Part shown: piece by piece, positions 1 to 11,095 of the stretch
Layout of the letters: every line of letters starts with the position of its first letter
How positions within the stretch are numbered: the stretch's first letter is position 1
DNA from: Bacteroidia bacterium
GTDB lineage: Bacteria > Bacteroidota > Bacteroidia > NS11-12g > UBA9320
NCBI GenBank assembly: GCA_965216465.1
Contig: CBDCFW010000001.1
Span: forward strand, 128,001 to 192,000
DNA: 64,000 nucleotides
Direction: 5' to 3'
Made by a program: the position numbers and the translations under genes
Notes under the pieces: generated by a model
Told to the model about the DNA's origin: nothing
The model's input: the letters and a program-made list of their open reading frames with translations, nothing else
The model's database searches: none

Positions 1-1908
1 AAAAACGTATCGTTCGAATTTGGAGGTAATTACCTTTTTAAGAACATCGATTGGTTTATAAAGCCGAGAGAACGAATTGGTCTTATTGGCAAAAATGGAG
101 CTGGAAAATCCACCCTACTTAAGCTTATTATCGGAAAATATGAGCTTCGCGAAGGCTCAATTAATAAACAAGGTGGGCTAAGAATTGGCTACTTAAGTCA
201 AGACATGATCAGCGAAGATGGCAATCAAACCATCTTAGAACATGCTAAACAAGCTTACAAACGCACACTTCAGATTCAACAAGAACTTGAAGAACTCTAT
301 GTTAAAATGGAAACGGATCACAGCGAAGAGGTGATTCAAAAAATGGCTGACCTACAAGAAGAGTTTGATGCTCTTGACGGCTACAACATGGAGAATAAAA
401 CCGCTGAAATTCTTGAAGGCTTAGGATTTAAAACCTCAGATCTAAGTCGTCCGATGAAAGAGTTTTCAGGAGGTTGGCGAATGCGGGTTGTTTTGGCTAA
501 AATGCTTTTAGAACAACCAGATGTTATGCTCATGGATGAGCCTACAAACCACCTTGACCTGCCAAGTATTGAGTGGTTAGAAAGCTACCTAAGCAACTAC
601 CCAGGAAGTGTAATCATTGTATCGCATGATAGAGAGTTCTTGAACAAGATGATTACAAAAACGGCTGAGGTTAGCAATCAAAAACTGTACCTATGGGATG
701 GTAACTACGACTTCTTTCTCAAAGCAAAAGTAGAACGTGACGACCTCCTATCGCGTCAAGCTGAAAATCAAAAACAGTTTATAAAAGATCAAGAAAAGTT
801 CATCAATCGATTTAAGGCCAAAGCATCCAAAGCAAAAGCCGTTCAAAGTCGAATGAAGATGTTAGACAAGATTGATCGCATTGAAGAAATTCAAGAAGAT
901 AAATCGAACCTTAAAATCGACTTTAAGGTTGCTCGCCCAAGCGGTAAAGTGGTTATAAATCTTGAAGATATCAATCAGAACTTTGGCGAGAATCACTTAT
1001 TTAAAGGTGTAGATAGAGAAATTGTTCGCGGTGATAAAATCGCCTTAATTGGTGCCAACGGTACAGGTAAATCTACCTTTCTAAGGATAATTGCAGATCA
1101 CGAAGAGTTTACTGGAAAAAGAACCATTGGTCACAATGTAGATGAATCGTTCTACGCTCAACATCAGCTCGAAAGTTTGCATCTCGACAATGAAATTCTT
1201 GACGAGCTAAAATATGATGCACCTCACAAAACCGAAATGGAGTTAAGGAGCATGCTGGGATGTTTTCTTTTCACCGGTGATGATGTATTCAAAAAAATCA
1301 AGGTGTTATCTGGAGGAGAAAAAGCTCGGGTATCTTTAGCTAAAACATTGGTTTCAGAGGCTAATTTCCTGTTGTTGGATGAGCCTACAAACCATCTTGA
1401 TATAGATTCAATTGAAATTATAATTGAAGCACTAAGGCGGTACGAAGGAACATTGATATTTGTTTCGCACAACCGATATTTTATTGAGAAATTAGCGAAT
1501 AAGATTTGGTGGATCGAAGACCAAGATATCAAAGAATACCCAGGCACCTTCCACGAGTACCAATACAAGCTTGAACAGGCTAAAGCTAAAGCCCAAGCTA
1601 AGCCAGCTAAGACAAAACCGGAGGCTAAAGTCGAAAAGGTCGATTCAAAGAAGACCTGGAAGCAGAAAGATGAAAAAGAGCAATTGATGAAAAAGCTTCA
1701 AAAAAAGCTTGACGCTCTCGAACAAGAACTTGAATCGACAAAATCTAGGAAAAAGGAAATTGAAACCAAACTTGCCGATGTTTCTAATCTAAGCAATGAG
1801 CAAATCGAAGAATTAGGCAAAGATCACGGTGCGATTTCATCCAAACTTCAAGAGCTTGAAAGTCAATGTGACGATATCGTAGAAGACATGATTCTCCTAG
1901 AAGACTAG
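1..1908 (+). CDS. ABC-F family ATP-binding protein (5' end outside window)
   Basis: Frame is open from base 1 (KNVSFEFGG...GKNGAGKST Walker A). Two ABC cassettes (FSGGWRMR/DEPTNHLD and GANGTGKST/LSGGEK/DEPTNHLD), no TM segments, coiled-coil tail. Confidence 0.93.
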   Translation, partial: KNVSFEFGGNYLFKNIDWFIKPRERIGLIGKNGAGKSTLLKLIIGKYELREGSINKQGGLRIGYLSQDMISEDGNQTILEHAKQAYKRTLQIQQELEELYVKMETDHSEEVIQKMADLQEEFDALDGYNMENKTAEILEGLGFKTSDLSRPMKEFSGGWRMRVVLAKMLLEQPDVMLMDEPTNHLDLPSIEWLESYLSNYPGSVIIVSHDREFLNKMITKTAEVSNQKLYLWDGNYDFFLKAKVERDDLLSRQAENQKQFIKDQEKFINRFKAKASKAKAVQSRMKMLDKIDRIEEIQEDKSNLKIDFKVARPSGKVVINLEDINQNFGENHLFKGVDREIVRGDKIALIGANGTGKSTFLRIIADHEEFTGKRTIGHNVDESFYAQHQLESLHLDNEILDELKYDAPHKTEMELRSMLGCFLFTGDDVFKKIKVLSGGEKARVSLAKTLVSEANFLLLDEPTNHLDIDSIEIIIEALRRYEGTLIFVSHNRYFIEKLANKIWWIEDQDIKEYPGTFHEYQYKLEQAKAKAQAKPAKTKPEAKVEKVDSKKTWKQKDEKEQLMKKLQKKLDALEQELESTKSRKKEIETKLADVSNLSNEQIEELGKDHGAISSKLQELESQCDDIVEDMILLED

Positions 1909-3959
1909 AAGTTTGCTCCTAAACGAATAGTTTGAAACACTCCTCTAAATGAGGTTCTCGGTGAATTCTCAATAATCTCGCCATCAGTTAACCATTCTTT
2001 CTTAGAAAGGTCAAAGTTTATACCACCATGATAACCCAAGGTTAGTTTACCAAGGTTAATATCAATTATTCCGCTAAGGTCAAAAACAAAAGCGGGATTG
2101 GTATAAACCACATTTTTAATGTTTCCTAAAAATCCTGTTCCAACATTTCCTTGATTTCCGTCTGACTCTTGTGTTGTTAGCTTAAGTTGGTGGTAACCCA
2201 GTGCCATCCCTGGCATAACATCAAGCCAATCCATTGATTTGGTCACATTATAGAAGGATGCATCTTTTATGTAGAATCCTGTTAAATCATATGAAGACCC
2301 GTTATTTAGCGACACATTTTGTCCTGAAAACCAACCAACGGAGAATCCCGTCATAAAACCATCAGCTCCACCTAGTCCACCAAATTCAAAACCTTCTAGT
2401 ATTCCATTAAACTCAGAACTTACTCCATCTAGATAGTCAGTAAATCTTGCGTTGAGGGAAGTAAGATCTACTTTGTGCTGTGTAAATCCAGTTACTAGTT
2501 TGAAGTTATCATCGTCATCAGCGGTGGAAATATACTCATTCAGATAGTCATAAACCTCGCCCTTCTGCGTATTGGTGTTTAAGAAAATAAACTTAAAATC
2601 TTTGCCGTATGCTTTGTTTAACACGCTGTCTGAAGCAATATCTAACAGCACAACGCTGTTCTCGGTGATATCGTCGAAAAACTTGTCAAACCGCTCCTCT
2701 AGTGAATCTCTATCAGGACCCGTGTTGCGATCATCTTCATATAGAATAGCAATTGACATTACCTGATCGGCAAATGCTCCACCTTCGGTATGCTCAATGC
2801 GGTCAGCTAAACTATTAAACTCGAACCATTCGCATGAGTTTGAGTTTTGTTTAGTAAGTGTTGTATGGCATCTTCCAAATTGTCCAAACCAATTGCCTGG
2901 GTGTTTCTTGTATTCATCTAAGAATCGATTGTGCATGTAATTCTCTCGGTAGATATACTCTTGAATTGCCCCTTCCGAATCATAGGTCATCCATTGTTTT
3001 CGAGCGAGATAGTTATCTACGATTATTAGCTTAAATTCTTCAAAGTTGTCACCTAGCAGTGCCTTATAGTGCTCTTCAAACTTTAAGAAATTGGCATGAA
3101 CCAAATCGATTGTCGCACCTGATTTAAATGTAAATCCATATCCTGAACCTCCTTCTTCATCTTGTTCATCAAGCTTAAAATCGTTGTAAGCTGCTAAACT
3201 TTTCAAACTTTGAACATGAAGATCAATTGAATCATGAGCTTCAAACTCTTCAGGAAGTAGATAAGCTAAAATTTTAGCTACTGGATAAACCCCACGTTCT
3301 ATATCAATAGCAGTAAAATACAGCTTCTCATCCTCTGGAAGACTATCATTGTATGCTTTTAAATCTTCAAGTGCATTGCTGTATTCAATGTATGCAAACT
3401 GATCTATGCTTGAAAAAAGAGTGGTATCTCCTGTTTTTAGGTACTCGTTTACAAGGAAGCCGTACGAATAACCATATTCAAACATTACGTTTCGAACACC
3501 CGCATTCTGATGCAGATACTTTATCATTTTAAGCCATAATCGAGCATTACTCTCGGTATAGGTATGGTTCTCTCCTGTAATGAATACTTGATATTCTCCT
3601 ACCACATCATCAAGCATAGAAAGGCCTTCAAATCCTTCTGAATACAATCCGATAGTGTCTTCCTCATCGAAATAAGTACGTTCATAATCGGGCTCATCGT
3701 AATCGTCCATAATAATCAGTTCATCCACTCCATCTGTAGTGTCAGCTTCTGATTCTTCTGATTCGCTAGCAGCCGCTTCTACCGCAGCCGCAGCAGCTTC
3801 AACTGCTTCTTCTACCGCTCTAACGGCTTCTTCAGCAGCTCTTTCGATCTCGGAAATAGGCACATCAGTGGTGTCAGTAGATAATGATGTTGTATCAGTC
3901 TGGGCGAAGGTGCCAACGCACCATCCCATCATAACAATAAGTGTAAGAAGTTTAGTCAT
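1905..3959 (-). CDS. Secreted acidic protein: erythromycin-esterase/ChaN-like domain plus C-terminal beta-barrel-like region
   Basis: 684-aa ORF with signal peptide, E/A/D-rich linker, GENH..FEYG..RENYM..GRCH motifs, amphipathic strands and terminal Phe. Confidence 0.55.
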   Translation of the reverse strand: MTKLLTLIVMMGWCVGTFAQTDTTSLSTDTTDVPISEIERAAEEAVRAVEEAVEAAAAAVEAAASESEESEADTTDGVDELIIMDDYDEPDYERTYFDEEDTIGLYSEGFEGLSMLDDVVGEYQVFITGENHTYTESNARLWLKMIKYLHQNAGVRNVMFEYGYSYGFLVNEYLKTGDTTLFSSIDQFAYIEYSNALEDLKAYNDSLPEDEKLYFTAIDIERGVYPVAKILAYLLPEEFEAHDSIDLHVQSLKSLAAYNDFKLDEQDEEGGSGYGFTFKSGATIDLVHANFLKFEEHYKALLGDNFEEFKLIIVDNYLARKQWMTYDSEGAIQEYIYRENYMHNRFLDEYKKHPGNWFGQFGRCHTTLTKQNSNSCEWFEFNSLADRIEHTEGGAFADQVMSIAILYEDDRNTGPDRDSLEERFDKFFDDITENSVVLLDIASDSVLNKAYGKDFKFIFLNTNTQKGEVYDYLNEYISTADDDDNFKLVTGFTQHKVDLTSLNARFTDYLDGVSSEFNGILEGFEFGGLGGADGFMTGFSVGWFSGQNVSLNNGSSYDLTGFYIKDASFYNVTKSMDWLDVMPGMALGYHQLKLTTQESDGNQGNVGTGFLGNIKNVVYTNPAFVFDLSGIIDINLGKLTLGYHGGINFDLSKKEWLTDGEIIENSPRTSFRGVFQTIRLGANF

Positions 3960-3966
3960 TTAAGTA

Positions 3967-6092
3967 TTATAAGTTATCAAAGAAGTAATTGCTCACCTTT
4001 TCATATAAGTGAACGCGATCAGGGCCAATTACATTGTGTTTGTGATGCGGATAAACAAAGTAATCCAGTTGAACTCCTTTTTTTATTGCCTCTTCAATGT
4101 ATTGTAAGCTGTGCTGCCAGAGCACCACATCATCTTGCCCCCCATGAATCATTAGAAGCTTACCTTCTAAATCATCGATGTAATTTTTCAAGTTTGTTTT
4201 AGCATAACCTTCTGGATTTTCTTGGGGAGTATCCATGTAACGCTCGGTGTACATTACCTCGTATAAGCTCCAATCAATAACTGGTCCACCAGCTACTCCT
4301 ACCTTAAATATCCCTGGATTTCTACTCATCATGCTAGTGGTCATAAACCCGCCATAGCTCCATCCGTGAATTCCTAGACGCTCTGCATCAACCCACGATT
4401 GTTTCTTCAACCATTCAACTCCCGTAATTTGATCTTCCATTTCCTTTTCACCGCAGTTTCTGAAGATCGCACTTTCAAAATCAAAACCACGATACGCAGA
4501 CCCTCTTCCATCGATGGTAAATACAGCATAACCGTTTTGCGCCATGTAATGGTACCACATGTTTGCTCCACCTAGCCAACGGTTAGTAACCATCTGAGCG
4601 TGAGGACCGTTGTATAAGTATACCACTACTGGATATTTCTTTTTAGGATCAAAATCAACCGGTTTAAAAAGTCTGTAATGAAGATCTTCACCGCCTTTAC
4701 CTTTTAAAACCCCAAGTTCTAAATCAGCAAGTTTATAATCCGCTAAAGGATTACTTACACTATGAAGCTCATCAATAACCGCTCCTTCAGCGTTAATCAT
4801 ATTCACCTTTCGTGGAACTGTGATTGAAGAATAATCGTCAATAAACATTGAACAATCAGAATTTGCTCTAATGCTATGATATCCAGGCTCTTGTGTTAAC
4901 CTTTTGGTCTTTCCATTTTTAACATTTACACAGTACAAGTGTCTTTCAGCTGGGCTTTCTTCAGTAGACGTGATAAAGATTTCTTCACCACTTTCTGAGA
5001 AGCCATGAAACTGAGTTACAACCCACTCACCAGAAGTCAATTGCTTTGCTTCACCCCCATCCAATGAGTGTAAATAAAGGTGATTATAACCGTCTTTTTC
5101 GCTCCACCAAATGAACTTAGAAGGATCTGACGCTAAGAACAGAGCAGGATGCTCAGGTTCTACATATTTATCGTGAGACTCTTCAATTAATGTGCGAACG
5201 TAATTTCCCGTAGTAGCATCGTACATGTTCAGTTTCATGTGATTCTGCTCACGGTTTAGGATGGCTATTAAAACGTGCTTACTGTCTGGAGTCCAAGAAA
5301 CATTTGTCAAAAATTGATCTTTCGGGCCTTCAGTTTTAATTGCAACAACCTTACCTACGTTGTTCATTACTTTTAGAATTACATGATGACTTTGAGCTCC
5401 AGCGGTTGGGTAACGAAGCATGTTAGCGGTTGCTGGAGTATCAGCCAACTTATAAAGCGGGTATTCTGTTACCATTGATTCATCCATGTAATAGTAGGCT
5501 AATTGCTGGCCATCTGGTGACCAGAACAAACCGTTTGTAATTCCAAATTCGTAGCGATGAACAGCTTGTCCCATCACAATTCCTTTCTTCATCTCTTCAC
5601 GGGTAAAAACCACATTTCCTATTCTTCCTTTAAATCCACGGTCTGTGGTTTTAACAAATCCTTGTTGCTTAGGAGCATGATTTAAGCCTCTCGAAGCTTT
5701 TGATTTATATAAAGGTCTAGCTTTTTAGACTTGTAATTGAATGCATAAAACATTTCGTTGGCATGAAACCTAAACTCTTCTGCATTTATCCAAGCTGCAG
5801 CTGGCATACTCGAAACATAATTTCCATCTGCTGTAGAGTTTTTAATGTCTGATAAGGTTACACGATCAACCTCACGCTGATCTACAGCGTTTTTAATAAC
5901 CAATTCCATCTGACCTGAGTCATTCTTTACCGACTGTGAGTAGAACTTACCATCTGGAATCCATTGCAATTGACTCAATCCTCTTGGGTAAAGATGATAT
6001 CCTGCAATAGCTTCATTTATCGTAAAGTTTTTATCTTGAGTAAATCCAAAAAATGTGGTTAAAACAAAGGTGAATAAGACAATTAATCGCAT
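3967..6092 (-). pseudogene. Dipeptidyl-peptidase IV / S9 family peptidase, split by a frameshift near 5706-5711 (real or assembly error)
   Basis: ORF 5682-6092 carries the signal peptide and ORF 3967-5613 has GWSYGG, DDVV and HNV catalytic motifs. Removing 2 nt from a TATATA run joins the frames (LDLY-KSKASRG...). Confidence 0.85.
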
Positions 6093-6218
6093 AAGGCAAA
6101 TATGTTACATTTTGTGTGGATTGAGCACATTAGATGATGAAATTGCAAATTAATTCTACTGACAAAAAATCAATTAAGTGCTTTACTATCAGGTTTTATA
6201 CTTTTATTCGCTCTGTTA

Positions 6219-7607
6219 ATGCTCAAAATTGCAAGAAATATTAAGTTTTGGCTGTGCCTATTCTTTGCTATGCGACTTGTGGGCATTACAAATCCTCCAT
6301 TAGAATCAGCTCACAATTGGCGTCAGACTTCTGGTTTAATGGTGGCTCGTGGATTTTTAGAAGTAGACAACAATATTTTCTACCCGCGGAAAGAAGACCA
6401 TAAAGGCACAACGGGAATTATCGGCTTTGAATTTCCGGTGCTCAATTACACCCACTACCTTATTTCAAAAGCATTTGGACACACCCATTGGTATTCTCGT
6501 TTGATCGTATTGCTAGTATCTACGCTAGGATTGTGGTTTTTTTATTTAATGCTTAAGAGGCTGTTTAATGAACCCATAGCTTTCACAACAACACTAATCA
6601 CAGCGGTCAGTATTTGGTTTATGTACAGTCGTAAAACGATGCCAGATGTTTACTCTGTTTCATTGGTGACCATGGGAGTGTATGCTGGACTCAATTTTCT
6701 GGATTCAAAAAAGTGGTGGCAATTGGCCCTGTTCTTTGTGCTTTCGACCTTAGGAGTCTTAGCCAAAATTCCGGCGGTATTGTTTTTGGGATGGATGATT
6801 ATTCCCGTTTTCAGTCATGGATTATTTAAAAAAGAAAGCTTGTTGCTTGTACTATTTGGAGGAATAGGCTTAGCCGCTGCTTACTGGTGGTACTTTGTTT
6901 GGAATGAGCATTTGGCCTACACCTATGGAATCTTTTACAACCGTGGATTTAGTTTTGAGGAAGGATGGAGTGCACTTTCTTCATCACCACTAAGAATATT
7001 TGAACTCTTATCGCATAGCACCTTACAGAGCTATGTTTTCTTTGCTTGCAGTTTAGCCGGATTGGTTTTCAGTATTTCAAAACGAAATTGGAAGATAATA
7101 CTGGCCACCTTGCCCATTGCAATCGGCTTTGGCATTTTTGCGCTGAAGGCTGGTGAAATCTTCCTTCATCACAGTTACTACATGGTACCGTTCGCCCCTG
7201 TTATGGCCTTGTTTGCCGGATACTTTTTATCGCAATTAAAATACAGAAAAGCAGTACCGGTTATCCTAGCCTTGGGAATAATAGAAGGAATAGCCAATCA
7301 GCAACACGACTTTTTTATTAAAGATAGCGAAAAGTATAAGCTCACGCTCGAACCTATTATGGACGAGGTTGTGCACCAAGATAGCTTAGTCGGCATAGCG
7401 TCGATGAACGAAAATCATCTGTTGATGTACCTCGCCCACCGCAAGGGCTGGATGATTATGAATCATGAAGTACTTGAAACGGAGGTGTTGTTAGATCACA
7501 AGCAACGTGGCTGTGATTATTTGATTCTTGACAAGCACATTCAGCAGCACAAGCCTTTGATGGAACAAGTGTATGAGGATGAGAACTTCGCTATTTTTAA
7601 GTTTTAG
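6219..7607 (+). CDS. ArnT/GT39-like integral membrane glycosyltransferase
   Basis: 462 aa with many TM helices, HNWRQT, EFP and MPD motifs. Confidence 0.75.
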   Translation: MLKIARNIKFWLCLFFAMRLVGITNPPLESAHNWRQTSGLMVARGFLEVDNNIFYPRKEDHKGTTGIIGFEFPVLNYTHYLISKAFGHTHWYSRLIVLLVSTLGLWFFYLMLKRLFNEPIAFTTTLITAVSIWFMYSRKTMPDVYSVSLVTMGVYAGLNFLDSKKWWQLALFFVLSTLGVLAKIPAVLFLGWMIIPVFSHGLFKKESLLLVLFGGIGLAAAYWWYFVWNEHLAYTYGIFYNRGFSFEEGWSALSSSPLRIFELLSHSTLQSYVFFACSLAGLVFSISKRNWKIILATLPIAIGFGIFALKAGEIFLHHSYYMVPFAPVMALFAGYFLSQLKYRKAVPVILALGIIEGIANQQHDFFIKDSEKYKLTLEPIMDEVVHQDSLVGIASMNENHLLMYLAHRKGWMIMNHEVLETEVLLDHKQRGCDYLILDKHIQQHKPLMEQVYEDENFAIFKF

Positions 7608-8037
7608 AGCGTTGTTTTATGCAATAGCCCAAAACTCCACCTACAATAAAAGTCGGAATGCCTCCAAACAGCAAAATCCAATATAAAGGTTTATAATAAT
7701 AATCACATACGGCATCAGAAAACTTGTAGTACTCATTAACACTGCTAAATCCTTCCTCTATAAAACCAATAGTTGACCCAAGGAGTATACCACAAATAAG
7801 AATTAGTACAGAGCCAATCTGCCCAACTAGAATTGGTGACCTCCTTCTAATGTTGATTAAATAGTTCATTCTTCTAGAGGCAAAAAATCCAATAACAAAT
7901 AGTGCTCCAATTCCAACTCCTAAATTCAAAGGGTAATCGCTAAGCATATCAAGAACATCTCTTCCTCCGAGAAACAATATTGCAATTGTTAGGCAAAGGG
8001 TTATTGCTAGAAAGGTTTTAATCTGAAAATGTTTCAT
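7597..8037 (-). CDS. Hypothetical membrane protein
   Basis: 146-aa ORF with about 4 hydrophobic helices; last gene of a tightly packed minus-strand operon. Confidence 0.6.
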   Translation of the reverse strand: MKHFQIKTFLAITLCLTIAILFLGGRDVLDMLSDYPLNLGVGIGALFVIGFFASRRMNYLINIRRRSPILVGQIGSVLILICGILLGSTIGFIEEGFSSVNEYYKFSDAVCDYYYKPLYWILLFGGIPTFIVGGVLGYCIKQRSKT

Positions 8038-8038
8038 A

Positions 8039-8467
8039 TCATTCTAAATCTAAAAAGCTGTGGTCTTTTAACTGGTCTGGGTGAAGGTCAGTGAACGTTA
8101 CATGCCAGTAGTACAACGCCAACAAGGCCAGGGGCACTACTGCAACAAAGCGATACAGAAAATCACCGTCCCAATCGTATTGAATAAAATCATTGAAGTA
8201 AAATACGGCCATCCATCCTAATGCGATAATGCAGCCTGCTTTAAGGTGAGGCAAAAGTTCTGATGCTTTGCCGTGCCGTAAAAAATGTATAAACGATGAG
8301 AAAATGTGGGTTAAACTCATCCAAAAACCTACGGCGTAGTAGAATACTTCATAGCCTTCATTCCAATTAACTTTAATCAGAAAGCCAAATAAGGTGTTGA
8401 ATGCAAACAGTAGAATCCAAAACCATTGTAAGTAATAATTAATCTTGCGTCCCATATTATATTCCAT
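8039..8467 (-). CDS. Hypothetical membrane protein
   Basis: 142 aa, 4 TM segments, overlaps the upstream gene. Confidence 0.6.
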   Translation of the reverse strand: MEYNMGRKINYYLQWFWILLFAFNTLFGFLIKVNWNEGYEVFYYAVGFWMSLTHIFSSFIHFLRHGKASELLPHLKAGCIIALGWMAVFYFNDFIQYDWDGDFLYRFVAVVPLALLALYYWHVTFTDLHPDQLKDHSFLDLE

Positions 8468-8900
8468 TAGTTCTTATTAATTTCATAAGCACTGCCCCGG
8501 CAATAATTACCACACCACAAACAATGTTAAGTGCCGACCAAAATGAGCGTTTAAACCTCATTTTATCTAACTTCTGGTTGGGTAGTGCTAGCAAAAATGT
8601 TATCGAGAATAAGCCAAATGCACCGAGCATCTTGAGGGCAAAAGCAGCCAAGTATGCCGATTGATTTTCAACACTTGGATAGATGTCGAACCATTGATAC
8701 AATCCGGTTACCGTAACAGCAATTACTCCGCTCCATTTGATGATCGAAAAACGTCCAATCATCTTGCTGAGGTACACTTCTCGGTCATGTGCTGAGATAT
8801 ATTGTAAGTTTGGCAAGAGCACCATTCGAGAGTAAAACAGTCCACCCAATGAAGTGCAAGTTGCTGCAATGTGCACGATATGACTTATTATGCTCATCAT
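8457..8900 (-). CDS. CopD-like / DUF4149-like 4-TM membrane protein
   Basis: 147 aa; HI...GGLFY...LP and TG.YQ pattern. Confidence 0.55.
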   Translation of the reverse strand: MMSIISHIVHIAATCTSLGGLFYSRMVLLPNLQYISAHDREVYLSKMIGRFSIIKWSGVIAVTVTGLYQWFDIYPSVENQSAYLAAFALKMLGAFGLFSITFLLALPNQKLDKMRFKRSFWSALNIVCGVVIIAGAVLMKLIRTNGI

Positions 8901-9676
8901 AATACCAAACCTTCTTCTTTAATAGCTAACTGACGACCTCTTAAAAACGTGACCGCAAAAGTTATTACTCCTCCAATCAGTGCTGAAGTCAATAGATTTA
9001 TGAACTCGACTTCTATGTTTCTAAATAGTAAGCTCGTTAAATAGCCATGGCCCAATCCTAATCCAACAATTATGAGAAAGAGGCTAATGTAGTTGTACTT
9101 CAATTTATCTGGAGAAAAGTGGCTTAAACCCGCAGCAGCAACACCACTAATCGCTCCAACTATGAATACCATAATGGCTAGATCAAAATCATAAAATGGA
9201 TTAAAAGCAATTAAGTAACCAGCTGCACCAAAGGCAAAAGGCTCAAGCCAGTGTGCATCTCTTCCATAATCAATTTCGTCTGCATCAGCGTCATTTTCAA
9301 TTTTTGCATCGTCGATGTGAAAATAAGATAAAAAGGCTCCTATAGGTGCCCCAATATATGCATAAGTTAATACCCAATACAGCTGATTGTCAGCATATTC
9401 CGGGAATATATATGCCACACCATAGTACATAGCAATGGCGGTAACCAATCCCCAGAATAAACCAAATAGCAGGTGCAAATGCATGAATAGAGATTTAAAG
9501 AACAACCTCAAAAATCCCACTTGAACAAATGCACCCACAATACCAATTATGATTACTTCCTTAACGTTGAATGGTACTCCAAAAATCATTGGAGAGATCA
9601 CGATTAACCCGATCCACCCTACCAAGCCTGTTACCAGACTTGATAGAATAGAACTTCGTTGTTTTAGCGACTTCAT
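8897..9676 (-). CDS. Hypothetical polytopic membrane protein
   Basis: 259 aa, about 8 TM helices, in the operon. Confidence 0.65.
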   Translation of the reverse strand: MKSLKQRSSILSSLVTGLVGWIGLIVISPMIFGVPFNVKEVIIIGIVGAFVQVGFLRLFFKSLFMHLHLLFGLFWGLVTAIAMYYGVAYIFPEYADNQLYWVLTYAYIGAPIGAFLSYFHIDDAKIENDADADEIDYGRDAHWLEPFAFGAAGYLIAFNPFYDFDLAIMVFIVGAISGVAAAGLSHFSPDKLKYNYISLFLIIVGLGLGHGYLTSLLFRNIEVEFINLLTSALIGGVITFAVTFLRGRQLAIKEEGLVL

Positions 9677-9684
9677 AGCTGATA

Positions 9685-10140
9685 TTATTTAGTTTGATTC
9701 TTTTCAGCTTCCATTAAGGCTAATCTTGCCTTTCTTGCCTGATTTTCTCCAGATTTTTTCTTGCCTCTAAACAGCATGTATAGATTGAAGAAGACCATTA
9801 CTCCCAAGAATACAGCCAAAACACCAACCTTATAACTTAAGGTTTCGAACATGTCTTGCTTGGTGAACTCGAGTAACAATTCATCGGTTGCATAATCACG
9901 AATCATAAAATCTGACTTGTTGATTTTCATGTAGAATAGTGCAAAGCCAAGGTTTAGCAGGTAAAAACCAACTTCAAATAATTTGTTGGTGCTCAAGGCA
10001 ATCTCGCTTCTGCCGTTAAATATGTCGAGCATAAAGATCTTTGAATTCTTAAAGAAGATGCGTGCGACGATAAAAGTTAGAAAAATAGCTACCGGAAGGT
10101 AGGCTACATAGGTGGTGACAATTAAATCTAGTTCTTTCAT
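9685..10140 (-). CDS. Membrane protein of the GbsR-associated operon (paralog of 10152-10514)
   Basis: N.L..GFYLLNLG and KVG...LG...FN motifs are shared with the neighbouring gene. Confidence 0.7.
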   Translation of the reverse strand: MKELDLIVTTYVAYLPVAIFLTFIVARIFFKNSKIFMLDIFNGRSEIALSTNKLFEVGFYLLNLGFALFYMKINKSDFMIRDYATDELLLEFTKQDMFETLSYKVGVLAVFLGVMVFFNLYMLFRGKKKSGENQARKARLALMEAEKNQTK

Positions 10141-10151
10141 GATTTTAAATA

Positions 10152-10514
10152 TTAGTTGTTGAACATTTTTATAATTTTTTCTTTTTGTTTACTCATTAGG
10201 TTCAGCACGAGAATGTTGTTGTAGTGCAAAACCCCAAGAATGAGGAAGATCATACCCACTTTTTCTGTTAACTCAGACATCAATTCAAGTGCAGAATTAA
10301 TTTCGCGAAAAGAGGTGATTGATATAGCGATATATCCCATATTAACCAGGTAATAGCCGGTTAGTAATAGGTTGTTAATTGTTGTTGTAAATCGCTCATT
10401 TTCAAATAGATCAAGAATAAGAAAGTAGCCATGTTTGTGCAAATGCCTACCCACAAATACGGTTGTAATTAGGGTAATCGACAAGAACAAGATGTAAGCT
10501 ACTATATTATTCAT
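10152..10514 (-). CDS. Membrane protein of the GbsR-associated operon
   Basis: NNLLLTGYYLVNMGY and KVG..LG.LHY.N motifs. Confidence 0.7.
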   Translation of the reverse strand: MNNIVAYILFLSITLITTVFVGRHLHKHGYFLILDLFENERFTTTINNLLLTGYYLVNMGYIAISITSFREINSALELMSELTEKVGMIFLILGVLHYNNILVLNLMSKQKEKIIKMFNN

Positions 10515-10525
10515 AATTATTGTAT

Positions 10526-10543
10526 TTTCAATATTTTTTGAAA
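10526..10543. promoter_or_regulatory. Putative GbsR-family operator TTTCA-N8-TGAAA (copy 2)
   Basis: Palindrome between the regulator and the first membrane gene; same arms and spacing as 11096-11113. Confidence 0.6.
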
Positions 10544-10560
10544 CTTTGACATAAAAAAAA

Positions 10561-11058
10561 CTACACGAGTTTTAGCAGTACTTTATAGAACCAGTTTTCG
10601 TCAGATTTGATAAATTTCTCAAGCATCTTATCTACTTTAATTGCGAAATCTTCAATATCACTTACACGATCTAACAGTTCTTTATTCTCTTTTGTATCTG
10701 GAGTTTCATCTTTTAACTCTACCAATGCCGTAATAACAGGATCAAGTTCTCGTTTACGGCGTTGTTGAGCAATTTTTCGAGCCACTACCCAAATATCCTT
10801 CTTAGCACTGTAAAAGTCTTTCCGGTCACCAGCAACCATTTCTTTGTTAGCCAGCCCCCACTCTACCAATGCCCTCACATTCATATTGGTGTTTCCTCTT
10901 GAGATTTGAAGCGTATCCATCATCTCTTCTGTACTTAGGGCACTCTCTGAAATCATTAACAGTGCATGCAATTGAGCCATCGTTTTATTAATTCCCCAAT
11001 TACTACCCAGTATACCCCAGGTCTGTACAAATTTTTGTTGTTGCTCTGTTAATTTCAT
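10561..11058 (-). CDS. GbsR/MarR family transcriptional regulator
   Basis: WG.LGS.WGINKTMAQ.HALL and ISRGN.NMN.R.L.EWGL winged-helix signature. Confidence 0.9.
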   Translation of the reverse strand: MKLTEQQQKFVQTWGILGSNWGINKTMAQLHALLMISESALSTEEMMDTLQISRGNTNMNVRALVEWGLANKEMVAGDRKDFYSAKKDIWVVARKIAQQRRKRELDPVITALVELKDETPDTKENKELLDRVSDIEDFAIKVDKMLEKFIKSDENWFYKVLLKLV

Positions 11059-11072
11059 TTCGATTTCTGGTA

Positions 11073-11080
11073 CAAATATA
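11073..11080 (-). promoter_or_regulatory. Bacteroidota -7 promoter element (TATATTTG) upstream of the GbsR-family gene
   Basis: Matches TAnnTTTG, 14 nt before the ATG. Confidence 0.6.
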
Positions 11081-11095
11081 CAACTATTTTTATAT

